NCBI RefSeq assembly: GCF_004010195.1
Contig: NC_057751.1
Span: 2,222,451-2,242,450, forward strand
Direction of reading: 5' to 3'
From: Chiloscyllium plagiosum
Lineage: Eukaryota
Length of the DNA stretch: 20,000 nt
The notes below the pieces were generated by a model. The model made no database searches. It had not been told where the DNA came from and was given only the letters and a program-made list of their open reading frames with translations. Both the position numbers and the translations under genes were made by a program. Positions 1 to 10,068 of the stretch are shown one piece after another. Position 1 is the stretch's first letter; each line of letters starts with the position of its first letter.

Positions 1-2354
1 TTTTTAACTTTCCAAACATAGACTGAGACTGCCATAGTGTTAAGGGTTTAAATGGAAAGGAATTTAAGCTTGTACAGGAACATTTTCTCATTTAACATAT
101 GGATGTATCTGCCAGAGAAAGTGTAAAACTTGACCTACTCTTGGGAAAGAAAACAGGAAAGTGACTGAGGTGTCAGTGGGGGTGCACTTTAGGGCCGAAC
201 ACCATAATTTTATAAGTTTTAATGCAGTGGAAAAGGTGAGACCGGATCTCAAAATTAAAGTTCTAAATTGGAGAAAAGCCAATTTTGACAGTATGAGGTA
301 AGAACTTTCAAAGGTTGATTGGGGCTGGATGTTCACAGGTAAAGGGATGACTGGAAAATGGGAAGTCTTTAAAAATTAGATAAACTGAGCCCAGAGACAG
401 TACCTTCCTGTTTGGATGAAAGGCAAGGCTGGGGTTTTGAGCAAGGAAAAGAAAGAAGCATCCGTCGGGTATAGACAGCAGAGATCGAATGAATCCTTAG
501 ACGAGTGAAAAGGCAGTCGGAGTACATTGAAGAGGGAAATCAGGAGGGCAAAAAGGGGACATGAGATAGCTTTGGCAAATAGGGTTAGGGAGAATCCAAG
601 GGGACATTCAGGACAAAAGGGTAACTTGGAAGAGAATAGGGCCCCTCAAAGATCAGCAAGGCAGCCTACGGGTGGAACTGCAGGAGATGGGGGAGATACT
701 AAATGAGTATTTTGCATCAATGTTTACTGTGGAAAAGGTCATGGAAGATAAATAATGTGGGGAAATAGACGGTGGCATCTTTAAAACGGAATAAGTGCTG
801 GATGTCTTGAAATGCATAAAGGTGGATAAATCCCTTGGACCTGATCAGGTGTACCCGAGAACGCTGTGGGAAGCTAGGAAAATGATTGCTGGACCTCTTG
901 CTGAGACACGTGTATCATCGATATCACAGGTGAGGTGCTGGAAGACTGGAGGTTGGCTAATGTGGTGATACTATTTAAGAAAGATGATAAGGAAAAGCCA
1001 GGGAACTGTAGAATGGTGAGCCTGACATTAGTGATGACCACGTTGTTGGAGAGAATCCTGAAGGAAAGGATGTACATGTATTTGGATAGGCAAGAACTGA
1101 TTAGGCAGTGTCAACATGGCTTTGTGCATAGGAAATCATGTCTCACTGACTTGATTGAGTTTTTTGAAGATGGAACAAAGAGGAGTGATGAGGGTAGAGT
1201 GATGGACGTGATCTATATGGACTTTAGTAAGGCATTCGACAATGCTCCTCATGATAGACTGGTTAGCCAAGTTAAATTGCACGGAATACAGGGAGAACTC
1301 GCCATTTGGATATAGAACTGGCTCAAAGGTAGAAGATAGAGAGTGGTGGTGGAGGGTTGTTATTCAGACTGGACAACTGTGACCAGTGGTGTGCCACAAG
1401 GATTGGTGCTGGGTCCACTGCTTTTATATAATTTGGATGTCAAAACAGGAGGGTAGTTAGTAAGTTTGCTGATGACACCAGAATGCGAGGTGCAGTGGAC
1501 AGCGAAGAAGGCTACCTTAGAGTACAATGGGATCTCGATCAGATGAGGAGTGGCAGATGGGGTTTCACTGAAATAAATGTGAGGCCCTGCACTTTGGAAA
1601 AGCAAATCAGAGCAGGACTTATACACTTAACGGAAAGGTCCTGAAAAGTGTTGCTGAACAAAGAGAACAGGTTCATAGTTCCTTGAAACTGGAGTCACAG
1701 GTAGATAGGACAGTGAAGAAGGCACTTGGTATGCTTGCCTTTATTGGTCAGTGCATTGAGTACAGGAGGTGGGAGGTCATGTTGCGGCTGTACAGGACAT
1801 TGGTTAGGCTACTTGTGGAATATTGCATGCAATTCTGGTCTCCCTCATAGGAAGGATGTTGTAAAATGTGAAAGGGTTCAAAAAACATATACAAGGCTGA
1901 TGCCATGGTTGGAGGGTTTGTGCTTTAGGGGGAGGCTGATGAGGCTGGGGCTGTTTTCCCTGGTGTCTCAGAGGCTGAGGGGTGACCTTACAAAGGTTTA
2001 TAAAATCATGAGGGCACAGATAGGTTAAACAGACAAGATGTTTTCCCTGGATAGGGGAGTCCAGAACTAGAGGGGATAGGTTTAGGGTGAGGGGGGAGAG
2101 ACTTAAAAGAGACCTAAGGAACAACTTTATCACTCAAAGGGTGATGCTTTTATGGAATGTGCTGCCACAGGAAGTGGTAGAGGCTGGAAAAATTACAACA
2201 TTTAAAAGGCCTTTGGATGGATATATGAATAAGAAGGGATTAGAGGGATATGGGTCAATTGCTGGCAAATGGAACTAGGTTAATTTAGGATAACAGGTTG
2301 GTGTGGACGAATTGTACAAGAGGGTCTGTTCACGTGCTATACATCTCTATGACT
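1..2354 (+). mobile_element. CR1-clade LINE, decayed ORF2 (end of APE endonuclease, linker, reverse transcriptase, C-terminus) plus 3' tail; 5' part lies outside the window
   Basis: Translation with stops and frameshifts gives FNFPNID (start), LDLLLG, WRLANVVILFKK..KPGNCRMVSLT..QHGF..SCLT..DVIYMDFSKAFD (935-1315), SGVPQGLVLGP (~1385), KFADDT (1462-1479) and WNVLPQEVVEAG..FKRPLD (2087-2278). Ends in a CR1-type CTCTATGACT tail at ~2345-2354. Confidence 0.95.
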
Positions 2355-2364
2355 GTAAACATAG

Positions 2365-2490
2365 AGATGAAAACTGTACACAGTATTCTTCATGTAGTTT
2401 CATAAGGCCCTGTACAATTCTAACACCATTTCTCCATTTTTGTACTCCAATCCCTGTGTATTAAAGGCAACATAAGAGTTGCCTGCACTC
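2365..2490 (-). mobile_element. Old CR1 ORF2 fragment
   Basis: 'aaactgtacacagtattc...aaggccctgtacaatt...tgtactccaatccc...aaaggcaacata' is the antisense of the CR1 C-terminal region (LEYCVQF-type motif); heavily decayed. Confidence 0.6.
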
Positions 2491-2546
2491 ATTGTGCAAT
2501 CTCATAATTTAAAGATGAACTTTAAATAAAGCATTGACAGAGATTG

Positions 2547-2637
2547 TGATGAAGGGCTTATGCCCGAAATGTCAATTCTCCTGCTTCTTGGATGCTGCCT
2601 GATCTGCTGCGCTTTTCCAACACCACACTCTCGACAC
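2547..2637 (+). mobile_element. Short PLE-type element with a hammerhead-like core, flanked by a ~16-bp imperfect direct repeat
   Basis: TGATGA-A-GGGC-TTAT-GCCC-GAAA-TGTC, followed by the same body as 7804-7928. Flanks are ataaagcattgacaga (2526-2541) and ataaagcactgataga (2638-2653). Confidence 0.75.
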
Positions 2638-3150
2638 ATAAAGCACTGATAGACTGCCAGGGGCTGTAAACATCTACATGAGCATCAGGCTGGGCTTCGT
2701 GGATAGGAGAAAGGAAGTCACATAAAGCGGCAGAAGAATCCCATTTTTAGACGTGCCAGTTCCCAGTGCCGTCCTATGATCTCTGATGGCAATAGTTCTG
2801 GGTGCAAACATAGCTTTTACATAACTGGCTGATAAATCATGTGCTGGTTCTTCTGGCAACTGACTGAACATATAAAATAACTTAGAAATATTATATTTTC
2901 TTGTATTCATAGTTTAGAAATAAGGCAATCATCTGAAGAAGCCTATACTCATGTTCATGTCTTGTGCTGGGGACTTCGCGAACCAACTGAATTATGCTCC
3001 ATAGGTGCTTGTCAATTATTCACAGATAATTTAATGATAATTGTAGATGTAAGATTTGTCTATAATCATCATCAGGCAAACAATCAAACCAATCAAAGGG
3101 CTCAGAGAATTGAAGAAGTTGAGTTGAAGTTTTTAGTTAAAATGAACTAA

Positions 3151-3309
3151 AGCAAATGCTGGAAAACTCAACAGGTCTGACAGCATCTGTGATGGAAAAA
3201 CCGTTATATTTTGGGCCTGCATAATTCTTTTCTTTGAGTTCTTCTTCTTGAGTTCTGAAGCAGTCTGGCCAAACTCAAAATGCAATCTCTATTTCTATTT
3301 CCACAGATG
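3151..3309. mobile_element. Decayed inverted pair of PLE-type termini
   Basis: gctggaaaactcaacaggtctgacagcatctgtg ... cacagatg inverted arms. Degenerate core 'ctgaagca...ctcaaaatg' at ~3254-3282. Same architecture as 15920-16133. Confidence 0.55.
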
Positions 3310-3344
3310 TTGTGGTTGTGTTCGCCGAGCTGGGAATTTGTGTT

Positions 3345-3384
3345 GCAGATGTTTCGTCCCCTGTCTAGGTGACATCCTCAGTGC
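3345..3384 (-). ncRNA. Minimal type I hammerhead ribozyme motif
   Basis: GCA-CUGAGGA-U-[GUC A CCU AGAC AGG G GAC]-GAAA-CA-UC-UGC: both conserved boxes, a base-paired helix II, 3-bp helix I (GCA/UGC) and a UH cleavage site. Helix III is reduced to one pair, as in PLE-associated minimal hammerheads. Confidence 0.7.
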
Positions 3385-3395
3385 TTGAGAGCCTC

Positions 3396-3489
3396 CTGTG
3401 AAGCGCTTCTGTGATCTTTTTTCCGGCATTCATAGTGGTATACAAACCACTATAAATGCTGGAGAAAAGATCACAGAAGCACTTCACAG
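3396..3489. repeat. Long inverted repeat (44-bp arms, 6-nt loop, 4 mismatches)
   Basis: Left arm ctgtgaagcgcttctgtgatcttttttccggcattcatagtggt; reverse complement of right arm ctgtgaagtgcttctgtgatcttttctccagcatttatagtggt; loop atacaa. Confidence 0.97.
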
Positions 3490-3589
3490 CATATTCTTTG
3501 GTCATTTTCCACATTGCTGGTTTGGTGCCTGTGTTGTAGCTGTAGTGGAACTGCTTGTCTGTGGGCATGACAAATTCTCAAACACAAAT

Positions 3590-4645
3590 CTCCAATATCA
3601 ATGCCCAGTGTTGTCAGGATCCACAGCCTGTGTCATATCCAGCTCCTTCAGCTATTTCTTGATTTAATGATCCATGATGTCGGAAGCCAGTGAGGGATCA
3701 GATCTGGAGGAAGCTGAGATGGATCAGCCACTCAGCTCTTCTGGTTGAACATTGCTGCAAACATTGTACTTTGCACTCAGGTACTGGGCTCCCCCTTCAT
3801 TTAATTGTCCACCACCATCACACTTGCAGAGCTGAGATCTGATTCAATGATTATGGATTCATTTCACTCCACTTATCACATTATCTTATGTGATTGCCAT
3901 CTTCTTACAAGTTGCATGCAAAGAGCCCTCTGTTATAACTTTACTGGGTTGACACCTTGTTTACAGGTTTACCTGCTGCTGCCCTCCTGTCATCTTCATT
4001 GAATCCTGGTTGATCTTCCAGCTTGATGGCAAGAATAGTATGAGGAGTATGTCAAATGATGAGGTTACAGATTCTGTTAAAGTCAATTCTGCTGCTGTTG
4101 ATAGGCAATAGCTCCAGATAGATTTGTTACAATCTGCGATATAAGTATGAAGTCTACTTTATTTAACATGGTGCTAGTGTCACATGTCCTGATGGGGGCT
4201 ATCTTATCATAATGATGAAAATTTGTATCCATAATGACTATACAATGGTCACTCCTGCGAATGTTATGACAGACTTCTGCAACTATAACAGGGTAATGAT
4301 GAGGATGAGGTCAACTAGGTTTTTCTTTCATGTGGATTCTCTCAAGACCTGCTGTAGATCCAATCTGGCAGATGTGTACTTTGGGACTTAAGCAGCTTGT
4401 TACTCAGTCACTCTTAGTACCAGACATTGAAGTTTCCATACAGAGTACATTTTGCACCCTTGCCACCCTCAGTGCTTGCTCAGTAGAACTGCTTCAATAC
4501 CTGAAGGATTTGGAAGTTGGACGGGTTAAACAGAACTGCTCCATAACCTGAAGGGTCTGGAGGTTGAGGGGCAGATGGCACTCTAGAAGGTTTCCAAGTC
4601 TCGGTTCAACCTGATGCTATTAGACTTCACAGCATCCAGCCATAT
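3590..4645 (-). mobile_element. Decayed non-LTR retrotransposon fragment (CR1/L2 group), APE endonuclease and linker region
   Basis: Minus-strand translation gives remnants ALRVARVQNVL..FNV (GDFN motif region, ~4425-4475), KNLVDLILI (~4297-4325) and RSDHCIV (~4237-4257); many indels; boundaries approximate. Confidence 0.75.
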
Positions 4646-5995
4646 TGAATGAAAAGGTGAATCAACCAAGCATATTTATTAAATAATCATTATAAGTTAA
4701 AACTTGTTCTGTGAAGGTGTAGAATTTGTTAACATGCAACTTGTACTATGAAAGGATAAGTATATACTAGTCTCGATCCGATGATACACATCAGGCAAAG
4801 AAAAACAGAAAAGTTGACTTTCTCAACAAAGGTTCACTGAAAAAGGAACACTTCAAGCCAATAAGCCTTTGTTCCTTATGGTAAAATAGTAAGGTTTGAG
4901 AGGCTCAGATGACTGTTGAGTTGATGTTCTGGCATGCAAAGACTAATGGTGTTGACCATGAATTCCCACTGAAGTCCTTTGCAAACACAAACTCTTGCAC
5001 AGGCTTCTCAAGTAAAAGCAGCTGGCCCAGCATTCATATATACAATGGATCCACAAAAAGGGTTGCTTTCCAGAAATAGTAGAGCTGAGCTGGGAAAATT
5101 CTTCCTTTTGTCAGGCCTCTTGCCAACCGTCTCTCAATATCCAAACCAGAAACTGGAACCAGTCAATCAAAAACATAGCTCAGTGGTCTCCAGTAAATGA
5201 GCAATTATCACAAGACATGTGACTGCTAAGGAATTCACGTTCTCATGTCCTTTCATTGACCTCTTCAAACATAACAACCCAGAAATTCACAAAGTTACAA
5301 ATTCAAATCCAGAAAAAAATATAAAATATGAGGCATTGCTAATAGCACGACCTCTACACTGACCTTCTAACTGTGCAATACTCCCTCAATTTGGATCTTC
5401 TGAACGTGCTGCACTCAGTACTCACCCATCAATAATTAGCCGCCTTCTCAGTACTGATCATCACCTATACAGCATTGAGCTGGTTGGGTATCTAGAATAA
5501 TTTGGCTCTTTTTATTCTTGGTGATGTCCACACAAAAGCAAGTTACTTAAAGTCAATGTCAAGCCTTGTCATTGTGAACCTGAAGTCAAAACTGTTAGTT
5601 TGGGATTATTATTGCTAACCCTGCTGCATCTGGAAACACTGGTGTTATCACAGATGCTAGGTGTAACTTTTCAGTGAACAGGTTCTATAAATAGAAGATT
5701 TTTCAACTGCAATGTGTTTCTGGCATTCAAGCAGTAGCATTGAAATCAAAGAATATTTTCTGATTCATATCAACAGACAAAATAAAACAAAAATAATTCT
5801 CAAAAATATTTCTCGCCTGGACAAACACTTGGGCAATTTGCACATTTTTATTCACAGATCTGAACCTGTGACAGGTTGTTTCTTCAGAAAGCATGCTGTT
5901 TACACATTTATTTCTATTTACTGATGACATAATTCACAGAGCAAAGCATCAACAATAATGTGCATTTATATCACACTTTTCCTGCAGTAAGACAG

Positions 5996-6284
5996 TCAAT
6001 TTAGCTTCACAGGAGTGTCATGAAATGCGTTTTGACACTGCATCACTTCAGGAGACAAAGAGAGATACTTTTTAAGTAATGGCTTTGTTTCAATTTGTTT
6101 CTGGAATGCAACTGTTACTGTTCGGCCATCACTTACTGTTATGGTGGTGAATATGTTACTAAGTTTCTGTGGAGAACATGTTGGTAAGTTGCCTTCACAA
6201 ACTGTTGCAGTCCATGTGATGAACGACAGTGCTGTGAGCAAGCGATTCAGATCAATTCCATCAATATTCAAATGAGTGAATGAT
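5996..6284 (-). other. Possible terminal coding exon of an unidentified gene (unverified)
   Basis: Open frame of ~100 codons (SFTHLNIDGIDLNRLLTALSFITWTATVCEGNLPTCS...) in sequence I do not recognise as a repeat. Weak AG acceptor at 6286-6285; minus-strand AATAAA signals downstream (~5847, ~5511, ~4675). No protein family recognised. Confidence 0.2.
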
Positions 6285-6311
6285 CTACATTGGATGTCAG
6301 TCTTCAGTCAA

Positions 6312-6600
6312 TTTGATTAACTCGATGTGGTATCAAGAAATGGCTGGGCCAGTATTTACTGCCTATCCCTATTTGGCCTTAAGAAGGTGAGAGTGAGCTG
6401 CCTTCAAGACTTGCTACAATCCATTTGCTATAGGTAGACCCACAAAGCCATCTGGAGGGGAGTTCAGGATTTTGACCCAGTGACACTGAAGCAACAGTAA
6501 TATATTTCCAAGTCTAACTGTGCAGATATCTGCGTTCCCACATATTGTTGAGTTTGCCCATCTTGATGATAGTGGTCCTGAGTTTGCAATGTGCTGCCTG
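6312..6600 (-). mobile_element. 3' end of CR1/L2-group LINE (same family as 17448-18520)
   Basis: Similar to 17450-17760 (gagttc-ca-g, gcactgaa, ttccaagt, gagctgccttc); minus-strand translation WVKILNSPPDGFVGLP resembles the WNSLP C-terminal motif. Confidence 0.75.
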
Positions 6601-6742
6601 AACTCCCCTCCTAACAGCATTATGGGTCTAACATGTGGATTGGAACAAGGCAGCTCACTTTCACCTTCTCAGATCAAATAGAGTTAAGTAATAAATGCTG
6701 GCCCAGCCAGTGATATCCACATCCTGTGAATGAATAAAAAAG
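6601..6742 (+). mobile_element. 3' end of the same LINE family in the opposite orientation
   Basis: aactcccctcctaacagc..aaggcagctcac..caccttctc..aataaatgctggcccagccagtgatatccacatcctgtgaatgaataaaaa; inverted relative to 6312-6600. Confidence 0.75.
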
Positions 6743-6883
6743 AATGAGCATGTGCATATTGCTCTGGGCTATGTCAAGCACAAAGTGATCTAATATGGAC
6801 AAGTCCAACTACAAGTCTTTCTAGTCTAATGAGAAGAGTACTGCGGAGTAAACAATATGAAAATCATTACATTACAGCAACTA

Positions 6884-7057
6884 CAGAGGAACCTTGATTA
6901 TCTGAAGGACAGGGGCAGGGAGTATTTCATTCGGTTAATCGAATTCCAGATAATCGAATGCCAGACAGGATAGTTTAGCCAAGCATTGGCACCTTGTGAT
7001 TTTGCCAGATAATCTGAAATTCGGATAAGTGAATGCCGGATAATCGAGGTTCCTCTG
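6884..7057. mobile_element. Tc1/mariner-pogo (Tigger-like) MITE, 174 bp
   Basis: TIRs cagaggaaccttgattatctg and cggataatcgaggttcctctg (21 bp, 2 mismatches); TA at 6882-6883 and 7058-7059; internal repeats of gataat(c/a)gaat. Confidence 0.9.
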
Positions 7058-7309
7058 TATTTGTAGAATATGTGAATTAAATGAATATGACAGTATTAAC
7101 AGCGAACTAGCTCATAGTCAGTCTTTACAAGTCTCCTTTTCTCTTCAACTAAGTCTCTGTGATATCATAAATGTAAGCAGTGCTCACTGCATTTAATCAA
7201 GTATTTATCCTTTCATGTGTCTCTTGAGGGAAATCTAAAGGTAATTGTGTTTCCAAGCACCTTGAACTGCTTGGAGTTGGAAGATGTTGATTGCAACATG
7301 TTATCAGAA

Positions 7310-7460
7310 CAATCTTGGAGAGCTAAAGAAGGAGAACATGAGATTTTGACAGGCAGGAAGTTTACGGAGGGAATTCCAGAATTTGAAACCCAGGCACCTG
7401 AAGACATAGCTGTGAGTAGTGGAGAGATGCAAATCAGTTTTCCAGAATTGGGACTGAGCA
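7310..7460 (-). mobile_element. L2-like LINE 3' fragment
   Basis: Minus-strand translation HSYVFRCLGFKFWNSLRKL resembles the L2 ORF2 C-terminal 'RAFS..GP.LWNSLP' motif. Confidence 0.55.
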
Positions 7461-7803
7461 GGGCTGTGATGTATGTAAGTGTATGTGTGCACACGCACAG
7501 GGCACAAGAGAATTCAACCACAAGGACGACAATTCGATATGTTAGAACAGAACAGTAGAATAAAATCAGAGCTGTGAAATCAGTGTATGGTGAGGTCTTG
7601 TGCCAACTTGCAAAGTTATTTTGCTCTCGGTTCACCAATGGTTGGTTTTAACTGAGTGAGAGGCTGGAAAACACGAGATCAATGAGGTTGGAAAATGAAG
7701 CAATCAAGTCCTAATGAGGAAATTCTTTGCTCAGCTCTTCATTTATTTGCAAAAGACAACAACTAATGCATAGTGCTGGTATACTTAACCAGACTGTCAA
7801 ATC

Positions 7804-7928
7804 CTGATGAAGGGCTTTTGCCCAAAACGTCGATTCTCCTGCTCCTCAGATGCTGCCTGATCTGCTGTACATTTCCAGCACCACACTCTCGACTCTAATC
7901 TCCAACATCTGCAGTCCTCACTTTCACC
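7804..7928 (+). mobile_element. 125-bp PLE-type element beginning at a hammerhead core, with a perfect 10-bp TSD
   Basis: CTGATGA-A-GGGC-TTTT-GCCC-AAAA-CGTC-GATT (GAAA changed to AAAA at a CpG). ctgtcaaatc is duplicated at 7794-7803 and 7929-7938. Confidence 0.85.
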
Positions 7929-8357
7929 CTGTCAAATCACCATGCTGTGTCAGGAGAGAGTGTTAATAACACCAAGAGTAGAATATTGCATCCCATAACT
8001 GTCTCCAGAGTGAAAACATCTGATCAGTTGGACTGCACAAAGTGCCTTTTATAATTGGCATTAAAACGGTGTTTTGAGCTAAGAATGCCTTTCGGGAACA
8101 ATATGAATTTGTATTTCAAAGTCAGACCGGCAGCTCACTGAACACTATACAATTCTAGATATCAAATATACATCTTTTAACAAGAAGTGTAGATAATTTT
8201 GTGTTAAATACAAAGATGTATTTCCAAAAATTCCTGCACTATAAAGTCTGAGCACCGATACCTCTTTGAAAATGCAACAGATACCCGCCATCTGCTCTCT
8301 GGGGAGCATTCTCATCTCTGTGCCAGAAAGCCGTACATTCAAGTCATGATAGTACAG

Positions 8358-8515
8358 TTAAGCACCTTATGCAGGCTGACACCCTACTCCAGTGCTGAGG
8401 AGTTGTTGAACTGTTAGTGATTGCACTTTTTTGTAGGAAACTTTAAAATGGGTTTCTGACTGTTTGTTTACGTCTGCCTCATGTTCTTGGCCAATTCTGA
8501 TCCCTTAATCTCTTT
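8358..8515 (+). mobile_element. Deu-domain SINE remnant (SacSINE1/AmnSINE1-like)
   Basis: 'aggctgacacc..cagtgctgaggagttgttgaactgt..' and 'ttcttggccaattctgatccctta' resemble my recollection of the DeuSINE consensus; reverse-complement similarity to 18555-18590. Confidence 0.5.
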
Positions 8516-9780
8516 GTTTTGAGGCACCATCCAGGAAGAGGGCACCTGGTACCCATGGACTTCTATCTTAACCTTGCTGTAAAGGCTTGGAACATTTTTC
8601 TCAGTGGTAGATTCAGACATCTGCAAGCTTTTTAAAAAAAGGCTGGGTTTTGTCTACGTTGATCTCTTTTGTCATTAGCGTTGGACTTTCTAAAGTGTGA
8701 GATCTTACCATATTGCCAGGAAAATCCATAATGCCTGCTAGATATCAGGCAGCAGAGTCCTTTTGATCTCAGATTTCACTTGTACCTCTTCACTTATCCC
8801 AGATATCTCCATTCTACACCTCAAAAACCACAGCTCTGCAGCCTCTATTCTAATGTGCCTTGTCTCACTAATTGTCCAATTCTGGCTTCAGTCTTTCAAA
8901 TGTTGTATGATGAAGCAAGGGTTGAGCTTTTTATTATTTGATATGATCTTGCATTCTGCCATCCTTCAATTAAAATCAATCCAAAGAAAGGCTCTCCTGG
9001 TTATATTAACATTGTTGTTCATCACATGCATGAATACATTGGTTAACTGCATTTCAGACCTGCAGTGATGGATGGGCTCACTCTGGTGCATCTGTGATGT
9101 TGACATTGTCATGGACAGGATGTTCAGTGAAGTGGTCACACCACAGGTGAAGCCTGGAACACCAGAAAGGGAATGGGAAACAACTAGGCACAGTGGTGGA
9201 AAGCAGGTAGACCCCTGTGGCCAACTATTTTTGGTACTGTTAGACCTGACAACATTTCAACAGACAGTTCATGGCAACATGGGTGGCTCTGGTACACAAG
9301 AGGGGAGGAAGAGGAATGGCAGGGCTATAACCAAGGTGATTCAATAGTAAGGGGAAGAGTCATGCGTTTCTGCGGCCACAAAAGAGATTCCAGGATGGTA
9401 TGTTACCTCTCTGGTGTCAGGGTCAAAGATGTTTTCGAGAGGCTATAAGGCATGCTGAAGGGGAGGAGGGTAAACTGCCAGTGGACATGGTACATATCTG
9501 TAGCAACATCCATATGTTAAAAAAAGTGATGCAGAATATAGGGAGTTAGGATGTAAATTAGAAAGAAGGACATCAAACGTAGTAATCTCAGGGTTATACC
9601 AGTGCCGCATATGAGCGAGAGTCAAAACAGGGTATACCAGATGACTCTGGCAGTGGGGAAATGCTACAGGAGGGAGCAGTTCAGACTTTGGGGACATTCG
9701 GACCTGTTCTGGAGAAGAGGGGGCTGGTACAGGTAGAACAGGTAGTATCTGAGCAAGACTGGGATCAATGTCTTTGGAGC

Positions 9781-10068
9781 TAGGGTGGGGGATTTCAAGA
9801 CAAGGGGGCATATTTTTAAAGTGAAAGGAGAAAGATTTTAAAAAGACATGAGGGGCAACGTTTTTACACACAGAGTGGTTCGTGTGTGGAATGAATTTCC
9901 AGAGGAAGTGGTGGATGTCGGTACAGGTACAACATTTAAAAAGGGATTTGGTTAAGTACATGGAGGGATATGGACAAAGTGCAGCCATGGGGGACTAGGT
10001 TAGTTTGGGATTATGGTTGGCATGGAGGTTGGACCGAAAGATCTTATTCCATGCTATGAGACTCATAA
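9781..10068 (+). mobile_element. 5'-truncated CR1 3' end inserted into ORF1 of the older CR1
   Basis: Homologous to 2050-2354 (TRG..KVKGERF.KDMRGNVFTHRVVRVWNEFPEEVVD); host ORF1 sequence resumes at ~10071. Confidence 0.8.

Larger units (their letters stand above)
3309..3489 (-). mobile_element. PLE-type terminal fragment with hammerhead motif and an inverted duplication
   Basis: Minus strand reads ...caagcactgaggatgtcacctagacaggggacgaaacatctgcaacacaaattcccagctcggcgaac, adjacent to inverted 44-bp arms at 3396-3439 and 3446-3489. Confidence 0.75.

Noticed and set aside
935..1315. 126-aa RT-like ORF as a functional reverse transcriptase gene
   Set aside because: It is only an open stretch of a CR1 ORF2 that has stops and frameshifts on both sides.
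3365..3667. Overlapping plus and minus ORFs with similar peptides (RFCDLFSGIHSG and CFCDLFSSIYSG)
   Set aside because: An artefact of the 44-bp inverted repeat; no coding evidence.
5340..5460. Possible SINE fragments (ctccctcaat, gctgcactcagtact)
   Set aside because: Too short and degenerate to delimit with confidence.
7213..7638. 113-aa (+) and 141-aa (-) ORFs
   Set aside because: They overlap a decayed L2-like fragment; no recognisable domain or splice support.
8261..8316. Possible 56-nt minus-strand exon (ggcacag|...AAAGAG|GTATCG)
   Set aside because: Moderate splice signals, ambiguous frame, and not phase-compatible with the candidate last exon.
9443..9988. Longest ORF in the track (181 aa, minus)
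   Set aside because: It is antisense to CR1 ORF1 and a nested CR1 3' end, and spans an insertion junction.
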